The notes under the pieces are model-generated. The model was not told where the DNA came from. It saw only the letters and a list, made by a program, of their open reading frames with translations, and did no database searches. Positions 26,705 through 40,631 of a stretch of 64,000 nt of DNA are shown one piece after another. How positions within the stretch are numbered: the first letter of the stretch is position 1; every line of letters begins with the position of its first letter. The DNA lies in contig NW_003314285.1 of NCBI RefSeq assembly GCF_000143415.4, forward strand, positions 1,871,471 to 1,935,470, in the 5' to 3' direction. The position numbers and the translations under genes were made by a program. The DNA is from Selaginella moellendorffii. Lineage: Eukaryota; Plantae; Lycopodiophyta.

Positions 26705-28711
26705 TCATAGATGGCGGGAATGATCCACAACAGCGTTTGACAAGAGCACGTACGAAGCGCCCTTTGATGGATCCACATTCATCATCGTATCTGCGATCTC
26801 TTTGGCTCGCTTGGAATCGCGGTGGACTCGACAAGCTCCCAGCAAGATCGTCCACGAGACCTCGTCCGGGAGAAATGGCATGGAGTAGATCAAGTTCTCG
26901 GCTTCCACAATCTCTCCCGCGCGGCCCAGGAGATCAAGTATGGAGTGGTAGTGTTGGAGAACTGGGGAGACTTTCCTGTCCGCGATCATCGACTTGAAAC
27001 ACTCGAGACCCTCTTTGAGGAGTCCGACATGGCTGTGTGCCGTGAGAACCGCGATGAATGCGAGCTCGTCGGGCTCGATCCCTTCCAGTCCCATGAGATG
27101 GAAGAGCTCAAAGGCTTCGCTGCTATGCCCCCTTTGGGCATATCCCGTGAGCATGGTGGTCCATGCAAGGAGGTTGCGCTGCTTCATACTATCAAACAGC
27201 TCTCTGGCCTTTGTGAGATGTCCGTTGTGGGCATACCCCGAAACCATGTTTGTTTGCGCGACTAAGTTGGCCTCGGGCATTTCCATGAAATATCTGGTCG
27301 CTTGATCGAGTTTCTTCACCATGTTGTAAGTGGCGACGATCAGATTCCACGAGTAGACGTCTCTACACGACATGAGATCAAAAGTTTGCTGGGCTTGTTC
27401 GATGTGCCCGTTTTGAGCATACGCCTGGACCATCGCATTCCACGACACAAGGCTCCGCTGTGGGATGCCCGCAAAGATCTCCAGAGTGACCTCCAAGTGT
27501 CCACTGCTCGCGACCGCCGTCATGATCGTGTTCCAGGAGATCACATTCGTTTGCGGCATACGATCAAAGAAACTCCTCGCGATTTGGAGCTGCTGCTCAT
27601 TCTGAGCAAAGACCGCAACCATTGCATTCCACGACACGACATCCCTCTGTGGCATCTCATCAAAACTCGATTTTGCGGCCTCCAAATCGCCGATATGGAT
27701 GTAAGCCTGGATCATTGCGTTCCAAGACACAACGTTGGTTTTCTTCATGGATCGAAACACCTTTTGAGCCTCTATGGCGTCTCCGTACTGCGCATATGCC
27801 GAGACCATGAGCGTCGCCGAGACAACGTCGTGCTTGGGCGTACGGTCGTACATGAGCCGTGCCTCCTCTATTTGCCCTCGAAGGGCATATGCTTGGACCA
27901 TCGCGTTCCACGCAACGTTGTCACGCTGGGGCATCTTTTCGTGCACTGCCCTAGCATATTCCAAATTACCGTTTTCCGCAAAACCCACTAGCACGGCGGT
28001 CCACGCAACGACGTCGCATTGTGGCATCTTTCTAAGTATATGCCACACATCTTCAAGATACCCGCATGCGGCATTTGCCGATACTAACTCTGTCCACGAA
28101 ACGATGTCTCGGTTTTCCATTTTCTCAAAAACCGTCATCACCCAATCGCAAAAACCAAGCTGGTTCATGCTTCTCAAAAGAGTATTGATGGAAACGTTGT
28201 TTTTCTCCGGCATCTCTTCGAAGATTTCCATTGCACTGGCAAAATCCCCACTCGTGGCAAAAGCCTGGAGTAGCGCGTTCCACGACACGATGTTCCATTG
28301 TGGCATTCGATCAAAGAAGTGCTTGGCCTGCTTAAGATCCCCCGCCATCGCGCACCCACCAATCATGGCCGTCCAGGGTATGACATCCCGGCCGTCCATC
28401 CTCAAGAACAGCGCCATCGCCTCTTCCAGTCGCGCGTTGTGCGCGAGCGCCGAGACCATGAGCGTGTGGGAGAAGCTATTGGGCTCATGGATTCCATCGA
28501 AAACAGCGCGCGCGTTGTCAATGCTGCCACACTTTCCATACATCTCGACGAGGAGATTGGAGAGAAATCTGTTCTTGCTGAGATGGGGCGAGCCAAGGAG
28601 TTGCGAGTGGACGCGCAGCGCCTCGGATAGATCCCTGCCCACGCCTCGCGATCGGATGAGCTGAGCGAAGAAGGCGATCTCATCCTGGCTTTGCTTTCTA
28701 AGAACATTCAT
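26705..28711 (-). CDS. PLS-class PPR protein rich in 31-aa S repeats (partial E, no DYW)
   Basis: Repeated MPQRDVVSWNAMV..YAQ.G units, HYHSILDLLGRAG, ending ASYVLLSNAV. Confidence 0.93.
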   Translation of the reverse strand: MNVLRKQSQDEIAFFAQLIRSRGVGRDLSEALRVHSQLLGSPHLSKNRFLSNLLVEMYGKCGSIDNARAVFDGIHEPNSFSHTLMVSALAHNARLEEAMALFLRMDGRDVIPWTAMIGGCAMAGDLKQAKHFFDRMPQWNIVSWNALLQAFATSGDFASAMEIFEEMPEKNNVSINTLLRSMNQLGFCDWVMTVFEKMENRDIVSWTELVSANAACGYLEDVWHILRKMPQCDVVAWTAVLVGFAENGNLEYARAVHEKMPQRDNVAWNAMVQAYALRGQIEEARLMYDRTPKHDVVSATLMVSAYAQYGDAIEAQKVFRSMKKTNVVSWNAMIQAYIHIGDLEAAKSSFDEMPQRDVVSWNAMVAVFAQNEQQLQIARSFFDRMPQTNVISWNTIMTAVASSGHLEVTLEIFAGIPQRSLVSWNAMVQAYAQNGHIEQAQQTFDLMSCRDVYSWNLIVATYNMVKKLDQATRYFMEMPEANLVAQTNMVSGYAHNGHLTKARELFDSMKQRNLLAWTTMLTGYAQRGHSSEAFELFHLMGLEGIEPDELAFIAVLTAHSHVGLLKEGLECFKSMIADRKVSPVLQHYHSILDLLGRAGEIVEAENLIYSMPFLPDEVSWTILLGACRVHRDSKRAKEIADTMMNVDPSKGASYVLLSNAVVDHSRHL

Positions 28712-28785
28712 ACAAATCTAAATGCCCATAGCAACAAGAAATGGCGCCTAACTTTAAGAACCCTAAGTTTGAATTTGGACGCCAT

Positions 28786-29855
28786 TCAAGTGGATTTTTC
28801 CAAATGCTCCTTTGGATCTTCGTCTTCGTCTCGCAAAGCCAGCATCTTTAGAAGGAAGGATCGAAATTCGGCGATGGAGTCGTTGTCTAGAGAGCACAGG
28901 AACGAAGATTTGTCTAGCAAAGAAAATTTTGATCTTACCAAGCTCTGGAACACGATGACCATGAGGATGCCTCAAGATCACTGGGTTCTCGAATTTTGTC
29001 ACGAGTGTCTCCCCGGCCGGGCGATTAAAGTCCTTCCTTCCTGTGTGGATTCAAAACGTTTCACTCGATCGGTGAGCTTTTGCCATGAATCATCCATCGT
29101 TTACCGATTGTGTGGAGCGAAGGACACTTGATTGGAGTGTCGTAAGCCGCCGACATGGGCTTGTATCCAGACATACCTCCGCCGATCAAGATCACAAACT
29201 TGATCGGCGTAGGAAGAAGATCTTCCTGCAAAGAAAGAGGTTTTTGGCGAAACAATCTTAGAACTTTTACGATGATTCACCTTCAAACGCTGATATCCAG
29301 CTAGTTGTCCTGCGAGAAATGCCCCCTGAAAGAAGCAAAACGCTACGTGAAAATCCCACTTTGAGCTCCTCCAAACCTGTGAAAATCCCATCAAACCATC
29401 GAATGGACCGTGCGACTTCATGTAATCGGAGATGTAAGAGATACACTCCTCGACTTGATAGAACTCGGTAAAATCCTAGAAAAGAGAAGCCAAGAGGAAG
29501 AAGAAGATCCAGCTATGGTTTGAATGAGCTTAGAAAAAATCTCACATTGTTTGTACGATACCATTCGTAGAAGGGCGGCTCGAAAAATCCCTGGACAGTG
29601 GACGGGCCCTCGGCTGGAAATGGGGCATCCAAGTAGCTCTCCGGATCAAACAGCACAAAAGCCCCGGATCAGTTGAAACGAATCGACGCTCTCTTTCGAG
29701 ATCGCCCAAACAAACAAAGAGCTTACCAGCTTCAAGAGATCCATCACGGGCGCTCCCCACCGCGCCAGCCCGACTTGCCTCTCCATGATCCGAGCGCTCG
29801 TCCGGAAGCCGTGGAGGCAAAGGACGTGCAGCGGCCGATCGCTTGCTCCCGCCAT
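28786..29855 (-). CDS. serine hydrolase/esterase, FSH1 (OVCA2-like) family
   Basis: LCLHGFRTS, GPFDGLMGFSQG nucleophile elbow, PSLHTIGRKD (Asp) and HPHGHRVP (His). Spliced stop at 28786-28788. Confidence 0.88.
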
Positions 29856-29955
29856 AGCCACGGAATATACTAAGATATCTATTTGCTCAAGAGCCCTAAG
29901 ACGTAAAGCTTGGTCAAATCTATCTTGGCCTGTGATTTTCTTTTTCCTGCTTTCC

Positions 29956-30546
29956 ATGGATCAAGTGGCAATTGATGGCGGCCTTTTCCAAGCTTTGTCT
30001 CCAGCAAAAATCAGCGTCCTGGAAGAAGGTAGTACTGCTTTCATCCACTGAGAAGCTCTAGCATTTCTTGGAATTCCAGGTGGAGGCTTGAGCCTTTGGG
30101 TTTTTGGTGTTCTTGTCACTCTCAAAGTTCTAGCGAACGAGACCACCGCAAGCTCCTATGCCTTGTTCGAGGATTTGGTTCCCCCGGGAGCTGGGCCTCC
30201 CCTCCACATCCACACCCGGGAGGACGAGAGCTGGTATGTTCTTGATGGAGAGCTAACTTGGACAATTGGGGTGGAGCGTTTCCACGCCAAGCGCGGCTCC
30301 TTTGCTCATCTCCCCCGCCTTGTACCTCATACTTTTGCCAACGAGCTTGACAAGCCTGCCCGGATGCTTGTGACTTACGCCCCTGGCGGATTTGAGCAGT
30401 GGTTTCTCGACGTTGGCACAGCTGCTAGCTCCGGCGGTGGACTCGAGATGTCGCCACCACTCGAGACGATTGAAGAGAGGAAGAGAGGCGTGGAGCTGAT
30501 GAAAGCCTATGGGATCCTTTTTCCAAACGTTCCAAGTCAATCTTGA
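29956..30546 (+). CDS. monocupin protein resembling bacterial quercetin 2,3-dioxygenase-like cupins
   Basis: Intron 30029..30079 joins MDQVAIDGG...LEE|G to ORF 30088. Metal motifs GPPLHIHTREDESWYVLDG and GSFAHLPRLVPHTFAN. No signal peptide. Confidence 0.8.
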
Positions 30547-30758
30547 TTCTAAATTGTGCACCATAGAACAAAAAACCATTCCCCATAAGTTCCATGTTTG
30601 AGAATCCTGCTTCCAACAAAGAAATTTCCATACCACCTTGAAAATGCCTTGTAGAGGAGGATTGTAACCACACTCCCACACTCCATAGTCAACATGGCTA
30701 AGGAAATATGCAAGAAATTAATATGCACAAAAAACCAAAGATAAGAATTTGTGATATC

Positions 30759-32870
<2,112 letters not shown>

Positions 32871-33379
32871 CTCGTCTTGTCTCACTATAAGGTCTAAAAC
32901 CTTATCTGTGTGTTCAAGCTTGAAGCAGTCGAATAAAGAGTCAGAGAAAAAAATTGAAGACTTGGCACTAAGGTACCTTTCGGCTGTCACCAATTTTTTG
33001 TCACTTTGCAAAGACTGCAAAGCTGTTCGCCAAACAATTATTCATCCACCAGTCCGCAAGGAAAATGATCTTTCAGAAAGAAAGTCAGTCAAAGAGAACC
33101 TCTAGGCTCCGACTCTAGACTCTCAGAGATGAAAATACCCTGAAAACGAACACGAAACATGTCTCAGGAGATTCAAACTTGAGAGCACTTACACAAGTTC
33201 AGATAATTTGAGAGCACTTACAAGTCGTTCAAGCGTCGTTTCCTAAAACTTTTCAATCAACGAGTTAGAGACGAATCAAGAAACAAACAACTTAAATGGC
33301 ATCAGCTCGCAGCAGGCTTATTTATGGGCTCGAATAAGCTAGAAGAAAATCGTCCTCACGGTAAGTTCTGTGGCGCAAA

Positions 33380-34653
33380 TCACTGAAAAGAGTTGAAGAA
33401 AAGGATTGCAACCACAGCGACACCTATGAGTATCGGCAACAAGCTCACTAAGTAAAGCAGGCTGTATCCCTGGAAACGTTTAGTAGAGATCAGAAAAAAA
33501 AACCAAAAAAACTTGAGAGAGCTAACTTACAAATGCTGGAGGCAACTTCTCAGACATGTCTTTCTCCTTGCCGGGTATAATCTCCGCCGCCTCGTCCCAG
33601 CCCCCACCCGGTGTCGACTTGAGCGGATCGGCGTCCACCTTGGCGTCCACCTTGGCGTCCACCTTGGCGTCAACCTTGGCACGCTTGCCGGCGAAAACTG
33701 GATCAACTCCGGTATCCGTGATTTGAGCGTAAGATGATTGACGAGGATCTCTTTTGTCAGCCATTTCCTTCGAGAGTTTTCACGAGAAACTGAGCACTGG
33801 AAACAACAAAAGGAAAGAGTAATGCTTACTTCAAGGTTGGGCCAGCTGAGTAGCTCGTTCCTTAGCGCTCGCAGGAGTTCTCGATCGTCTGGAATTCTAC
33901 CTTCGCTGATCTATAGAGAAAACCAGAGGCACAAGCTATGATTCCGTAAAACGAGAAAGGTGGAGTGAGCTCACGTCTGTCAAAGCGTTTCCCATTTCAT
34001 CTCGGTAGCTCGTCCATTCACCATCCTCGGTGAGCACTCCAGCAGTTTCCGCCTCACGAGGATCTTCTATCATAACAATGAGCCTGACCTGGGATGAAAA
34101 AAGGAGCACGAGAAGAAACAAAAAAATGTAAGACGATGGCAGCGAGGTCATGGAAAGAAAGGTCGCACCTCGTTGGGAGTCATGTCTCTGTTGATCCTTA
34201 GAAGCTCCAGTATCTACAACAAAGAAAACGAATGAAAACTGGAAGAAGGAAAAGTTTTCTACGTACTCTGAGGATCTGATCGAGGCACTCTTGATCCTCC
34301 TCTTCTTCTGGAGTAAGATCTCTCGCCACAGTCTCTCCAGCCGATTCTTCTATTCCATCTGATTCATTCCCCTCAATCTCTACTACACTGGAAGGGGAGG
34401 ATCCTTCCTCTTTGTCCAATGCGGCGAGCCCTCGCATTGTCCTTCTCCTCCTTCCATAGCCAGTCGAATCGCGACGAGTGGAGAAGAAACTAGAGGATAC
34501 CTGGAGCCCGAGGGCCCTGGATTTGCATCGCTCACATCTCAGCACGGCACGGCTCCTGGCGATGGCGATCCTGGACACGATCCTCGCCCTGACGATGGCG
34601 CAGCTGGCGACGCTGGAGGAAGTGCTGGCCATATCCATAGGGCTTTGCTCCAA
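33380..34653 (-). CDS. Y3IP1: Ycf3-interacting protein 1 (PSI assembly factor, CEST)
   Basis: Transit peptide, VLELLRINRDM, MIEDPRE, WPNLE, YAQITDTGVDP and C-terminal TM GYSLLYLVSLLPILIGVAVVAILFFNSFQ. Confidence 0.88.
33629..33680. repeat. 12-bp tandem repeat (ggcgtccacctt) x about 4, encoding (AKVD)n
   Basis: Directly visible in the Y3IP1 exon. Confidence 0.9.
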
Positions 34654-35008
34654 AATATTTGGCGGGCTATCCCACTGGATAAGACGGTCCCAGCCGTCGA
34701 TTTGGATTTAGGGTTCTTCCCAGCTATGGTTGCTGCTATCGTTGCGATGGCGGAGAATGCGCGCTCCCGGTAAGGAATATTTGGATCCTATTCTCTTGCC
34801 CCTGTCGATTGGATGCTCCATGTTGATCGAATCCATGCGATCTTTCAGGAATGCCGGGTGATTTCAATAGGAGCTCTGTCTGTAGTGAATAGGAGATTCT
34901 TTGTCTTTCCTAGCGGACATTCCTGGAGACATTTGTTAAAATACATTTGCCGTGACACGCGTAGAGAGGAAATTTGTGGTTGATGCAAGTTGAGCTACTT
35001 TTCTTGAA

Positions 35009-37171
35009 ATGGCGTCCTTGATCAAACCATCCACCGCCTTCTCGACTGGTTTTCTCGCCAAAGAATTACAAAGGGGCTGTGGAATTGCCAGGATTTCTTA
35101 TTGTAGGAGCTCAAGAAAGCAGCAAAGCTATGCCAAAGCGGCAGTGGCTCCTCTCCAGAAGAACTATGTCGACGAGGGAGACTATGTCAAGGCTGGGGGC
35201 CAAGAGCTTAGCTTCGTCCAGATGCAAGCTTTGAAGCCCATGGATCAACCAAAGATCGCTGACAAGGTTCGATGGTGTTCTTCATTTCCTTTTTCCTTGT
35301 TTTTCTCACTTTGGTTTTTTGATCCAGTTGACGGCATTCACTGACGATAAGGTGCTTGATCTGGCCGTGATAGGCTGTGGACCAGCAGGCCTCGCGCTAG
35401 CTTCCGAGGCAGCCAGGCGAGGATTGAGTGTGGTGCTCGTGGGTCCGGACATGCCATTCACGAACAACTATGGAGTTTGGCAGGACGAGTTTGATGGTAC
35501 GCAAAAAAAACCCTCTCAGGTTTTTGTCAAAGGCAGCTGAGCTTTACGGTTTGCGTCTTTTGTTTTCCTGGCAGCTCTTGGGCTGGAAAGTTGCATCGAG
35601 CATACTTGGAAAGACACGGCTATGTACTTCACGGATAACGATTGTTTGCTGCTGGGGCGTGCTTATGGTCGCGTGGGACGTGACCAACTTCGGGAAGAAC
35701 TGCTGAGGAGGTGTGTGACAGTTTTTCATTCTTTAGTTCTGTCTGGTTGGTCGAGAGCATAACTAGTTTTTTATGACAGGTGCCAAGAAGCGAACGTTTT
35801 GTATCACTGCTCGGAAGTTGAAGATATTTCCCGGGTTGACAAGAACAGTGGGAGTACACTTGCGTGCGCAAGTGGGAAATCCATCAAGTGCAGGTTCTCT
35901 GTTCGTTGCGGCGGCATGTTCTCCTGATTCACATTAGTTTACAGGTTGGCTACATTTGCTTCAGGTGCGGCATCTGGTAAGTTTTTGAAGTACGAGGCGC
36001 TTGAAGAGCGAGGAATGAGCGTCCAGACGGCATACGGCATTGAAGTTGAGGTTCGAGGATCGTGCATTTTGATTGTTTAAGGATTGAGTTTTTTTCTATT
36101 GCAGGTCGAGAAACATCCGTACGATCCGAATGTGATGGTGTTTATGGACTATCGAGATTACAAAGCTGAATCAGGAGACGGCGAAGTTCCGTCGTTTCTG
36201 TATGTCATGCCTTTCTCAGAAACCAGAGTCTTTTTTGAGGTTAATAATTCTTCCTTTGTTTCTCTATGCGAGCTTGACCTGATCATTTTGCAGGAAACCT
36301 GTCTAGCTGCAAGACCTGTTATGTCATTCAATACTCTGAAGGATCGGCTTTATACGCGGTTAAACAAGCTGGGAGTGAAAGTTGTTCACATGTACGAAGA
36401 AGTAAGCTCCCGCATCTTGGATTCAGGCGACTTACCTGGTTGGTTTATTGCAAGGAATGGTCTTATATACCTGTTGGTGCCACCCTTCCAGACACAAATC
36501 AGCAGCACTTGGCATTTGGTGCAGCTGCAAGCATGGTTCATCCTGCAACAGGTTTAGCGTTTTTTTTTTCCTTTTCCTTTGCTTTCGTTCATTGCATATG
36601 GTCTGAGACGTGGATATTGATGCAGGCTATTCAGTTGTTCGTTCATTGTCCGAAGCCCCTACCTATGCAGCTGCTATTGCGGCAGCACTACAGCCTCGAA
36701 AAGCCAGTCCTGGTTATCTTCGACTTCAAAGGGATTCCATATCCGCAGCCCTCGAGGGTAAGAAAGACTTGCATATTATATTGCTTCTTTGTTGAGCTTT
36801 TTCATGTGTAGCATGGAACGTGCTTTGGCCTAACGAAAGGAAACGACAGCGAGCATTTTTTTTCTTTGGCCTCGAGCTACTGCTGCAGCTTGACGTGCAA
36901 AGCATGCGGACATTCTTCCAGACGTTCTTCAAACTTCCTGAAAGGTACCGACTGAAACGTCAACCAATACACTGGAAAAGCTGACTCTTTTCTTGCTAGG
37001 ATGTGGAAAGGCTTCCTTGCAGCTGATCTCTCCTCTGCTGAGCTGATATGGTTTGCACTGCTCACGTTTCTAGTTGCTCCAAACACGCTCCGCATGCAAC
37101 TGGTCAAGCACTTGATCAAGGATCCAAGTGGCGCCAATTTGATCAAGTTTTACACACAGTTGTGGCCGTAA
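35009..37171 (+). CDS. LCYE: lycopene epsilon-cyclase
   Basis: DEGDYVKAGGQELSFVQMQ (epsilon-type N-region), DLAVIGCGPAGLALA, FTNNYGVW, FFEETCL, MVHPATGYSV. Confidence 0.93.
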
Positions 37172-37178
37172 TAGAATC

Positions 37179-38035
37179 GCTACGATATAGACAGTTTTGT
37201 CTCCCGACAGTAAGTTCGCGAGAAAGCCATCTTTCATTGTCTTATACCATTGTTTTTTGCAAGAAGCAAGTAGCTCTCGCTGGCTCCAACAGCGTGTCGG
37301 ACGAAACCAGGGGTCTCCATCAAAGATTTGATTCAGCAAAATCTTCCAGGGAATTTGCTGAGCGCTGAGTGAAATTGGAGGCATTGAGGAGTTTTATTTA
37401 TTCCTGCCGATCGAGCATGAAACCGACTCTCGAGCCTGGAGCCTTGATCACAAACTTGCAACGCTGGATCAAGTCTACAAAGTAACAAGTTTTCGTGCAA
37501 GAGACTACCTATAAAGTCAAGGAAACATTGTAAACTACTTGCCCCTCAGAGAGGCTAGACAGAAATGAAAATAACTCGAAGAACGATCCTGCGCTTCCAA
37601 ATGAACGAGCGATCATAGATGGAAGTAAAGCGCAATCACAGATGAGAAAAATCTTGGCGAAGTTCTTGTCTCAATGATCCGGAAGCTTTGTCTTTGTTTG
37701 TAAGTGATTGCGCTGGCTAGGATTCATGGCGGTCTGTTTCATGGTTGCCGTTGTGATCCCAAACATCATTGATGTCATGCAAGGAGGAGTAAGAAATTTC
37801 CATACCAATTCTGTAGAGTAAATTTTTTCTAGTTTCGTAGTTTCAGCTTAAACATCCAAGTGTCTTAATTCTATAACACAGAAAGGTTAACACACAGTGT
37901 GATCTTGAATCAAACAAGGCTACGTTACAATAGAAAAATTACTCTAAGTTCGTTGTAAAGGCATCTCTCATCGTCTTATACCATTGTTTTTTGCAAGGGA
38001 CAGGCATCTTTGGCTGGCATCAACAGTGGTGTCAC
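37179..38035 (+). repeat. degenerate direct duplication of about 120 nt (37179-37300 and 37919-38035)
   Basis: Both copies read taagttcg...cat-ct-tcat-gtcttataccattgttttttgcaag...gctggc..caacag. Confidence 0.75.
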
Positions 38036-38162
38036 TAAACTCCAAGCAACGAGGCTCCATGCTATTCATAATTGCTGGACGACGAGTAACTTCGTGTCCA
38101 TCGAAGATCGGCAAGGAGTCCCCAGGGATGCTTTCGTTCCCAAGTTTTCATACTCGATCAGC

Positions 38163-40631
38163 ATGGATGAAGCTCCTTCATGGCTCCAGGTGATACTCGT
38201 CACGCAGCTGGTTCTTCTCACGTTGTTCGCAGGAGAATCCACAGCTCAATTGATCAGAAACTTCACAACTTTCAAGATCGAGTCCTCGAAACAAGTAGCC
38301 GAAGGTATGGTTCTTCTCGTCAACAACGCTACCAAGAACATAGGCTGTGGCTTCTCTTCGGTACAGTGTCCAAACAGATCGCAAAAGTGCCTGGTTTTCG
38401 GCGTCTCCTTCCTCGGTAAAGATGGTGGCTTCCTCCCAGATCATCTCGTGTGGACGGCGAACGGGAACGATCCAGTTTCTCCGCAATCCACAATCGTGCT
38501 TACTGCTCAAGGGAACTTAGAGCTCAGGGATGCAAGGAGAGGACTCGTCTGGTCGACCAACACCTCCAACTTGGGAGTCCGCATGCTAAAGCTCAAGATG
38601 TCTGGAAATCTGGTGCTTGTCACGGCCAACGGGACAGAAGTCTGGAGAAGTTTCGATCATCCAACGGATACTCTCATGCCCGAGCAGATGCTCCATATCG
38701 GGAAGAAGCTCGAGGCTTACAAATCTTCGTCGGGGCTGGACTTGAGGACTGGAGACTACTCGCTGGTCGTGGAGGAGCGAAAGGTGGTGATGTACGTGAA
38801 CAACACGATGGAGCAGACGCTGTCGAGCTACGCAGCCTGGTCTTTGAAGAGCGATGTCAATGCCACCATCGGCTGGCTCAAGTTTTCCAAGACGAGAGAT
38901 CTCCTCGCAGTGTACTCCGCCAACTTCACCATGCTCGACCGGACCAAAGTGAGGACGAAAAACAGGACTTTGCGTTTCATGCGTCTGGAACGCGATGGAA
39001 GCTTGAATCTCCACTTCGAGACCGGCAAGCCATTGCCTCTCAACAAGAAGCTCCAGGGGAGTAAGTTCCAGGTTCCTCTCGCGGGAGAGTGTAGCCTTCC
39101 ATTCAAGTGTAGGAGATACGGGATTTGCTCGGGGAATGGAAATTGTAGCTGTCCCTCGGAGGAATTTCGTGGATCGAAGAGAACTTGCGAGCTTCTCCGG
39201 CCGCTAGTTTGCAAAAAAAATGCAAGCTCGCAGCGTTTGATCCAGCTGGAGAACACGGACTACTTCTCGACGCAGTTTGACGCAGGAATTCCAGTGAGCT
39301 CCGTGGACGAGTGCATGAAGCTGATCATGGAGAACTGTTCCTGGGACGTTGCCATCTTCAAAGACGTCCGGAACAGGAGCCTGTGCTATGGCTTCCGCAA
39401 CGTTCTCTCGCTCATCAACGTCACCGGCAGCAGCAGCGCTACCTCGCTAGCCTTCATCAAAGTCGAGAATCCTCCGCAGTCGAGCAGCAGTAGCGGACGA
39501 CAAAGACGACGAAGAACAGCAATGTGGCTGGCGGTATCTCTCGCCATCGCCACGCTTGTGCTCGTTCCACTCGCGCTGCTCTACTTGCGGAGCCTGTCCA
39601 GGCAAAAGAACGTGAGTGACGAGCTCCTCGAGTCCATCCCGGGAGTTCCACGGCGGTTCACGTTCCTGGAGCTCAAGAACGCCAGCGCCAACTTTAGCCG
39701 GAAATTGGGACGGGGGGGCTTCGGCACGGTCTACCATGGAATGCTGGAAGACGGCACCAAAGTTGCAATCAAGCGGCTCGAGAGCTCCCGAGGTGGCGGA
39801 GACGACCAGTTTCGAGCCGAGGTGATCGCCATCGGCAGCGTCCACCACTCCAACTTGGTGAAGCTCATCGGTTTTTGCTGCGACGAGCACAAGCACACGC
39901 TCCTGGTCTACGAGTACATGCCAAACGGATCGCTGGATATGTGGATCTTCGCTCGAGACGATAACAACTTCCTCGACTGGAGAACTCGGTCCAAGATCGC
40001 GCTTGACATCGCAAAGGGTCTCTCCTATCTCCACGAAGGCTGCGATCAATCCATCCTCCACCTGGATATCAAGCCGCAGAACATCCTTCTCGACGTGGAG
40101 TTCAAGGCCAAGATCTCCGACTTTGGCCTCGCCATCTTCGCTGCCAAGGGATCCAACAATCTCCGCGACACGGCGCTGCGAGGAACTCCCGGATACATGG
40201 CTCCCGAGTGGCTGCGCTACGAGGTCTCGCGCAAGATCGACGTCTACAGCTTCGGCATCGTGCTACTCGAGATCGTGAGCGGCAAGCAAGCGCTCGAGTT
40301 CCTAGACGCGATCGACCACCACAGCGATAGCGACGACCATCATCACCCTTTCCACGCCGAGCGGAGCGACCTGGTGGAGCTGCTCGATCCCAGGCTCAAG
40401 GGATGGAGCTACTCGAGCAGCGAGGTGGAGAGATTCGTGCTCGTCGCGCTGTGCTGCATCCAGGACGATCCATCCGCCCGGCCGGGCATGGGCAATGTCG
40501 TCAAGATGCTCGAGGGGAATCTCGCGGTTCCCGACCCGCTTATCAGCCAGAGATACCAATCCACGGCAATTCCATTCGGAATCGCGAGCTTCCTCGCCTC
40601 TAGATTGCGATCCAGCAAGAACACTCATTAG
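38163..40631 (+). CDS. G-type (bulb) lectin S-domain receptor-like kinase, SD-2 type, non-RD
   Basis: VWTAN, VWRSFDHPTDTLMP, EGF/PAN cysteines, TM helix, kinase LGRGGFG, HLDIKPQNILLD, GTPGYMAPEW. Intronless. Confidence 0.94.
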   Translation: MDEAPSWLQVILVTQLVLLTLFAGESTAQLIRNFTTFKIESSKQVAEGMVLLVNNATKNIGCGFSSVQCPNRSQKCLVFGVSFLGKDGGFLPDHLVWTANGNDPVSPQSTIVLTAQGNLELRDARRGLVWSTNTSNLGVRMLKLKMSGNLVLVTANGTEVWRSFDHPTDTLMPEQMLHIGKKLEAYKSSSGLDLRTGDYSLVVEERKVVMYVNNTMEQTLSSYAAWSLKSDVNATIGWLKFSKTRDLLAVYSANFTMLDRTKVRTKNRTLRFMRLERDGSLNLHFETGKPLPLNKKLQGSKFQVPLAGECSLPFKCRRYGICSGNGNCSCPSEEFRGSKRTCELLRPLVCKKNASSQRLIQLENTDYFSTQFDAGIPVSSVDECMKLIMENCSWDVAIFKDVRNRSLCYGFRNVLSLINVTGSSSATSLAFIKVENPPQSSSSSGRQRRRRTAMWLAVSLAIATLVLVPLALLYLRSLSRQKNVSDELLESIPGVPRRFTFLELKNASANFSRKLGRGGFGTVYHGMLEDGTKVAIKRLESSRGGGDDQFRAEVIAIGSVHHSNLVKLIGFCCDEHKHTLLVYEYMPNGSLDMWIFARDDNNFLDWRTRSKIALDIAKGLSYLHEGCDQSILHLDIKPQNILLDVEFKAKISDFGLAIFAAKGSNNLRDTALRGTPGYMAPEWLRYEVSRKIDVYSFGIVLLEIVSGKQALEFLDAIDHHSDSDDHHHPFHAERSDLVELLDPRLKGWSYSSSEVERFVLVALCCIQDDPSARPGMGNVVKMLEGNLAVPDPLISQRYQSTAIPFGIASFLASRLRSSKNTH

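Noticed and set aside
33629-33680. CRISPR-like array
   Set aside because: Contiguous 12-bp coding repeats without spacers, in a eukaryotic gene.
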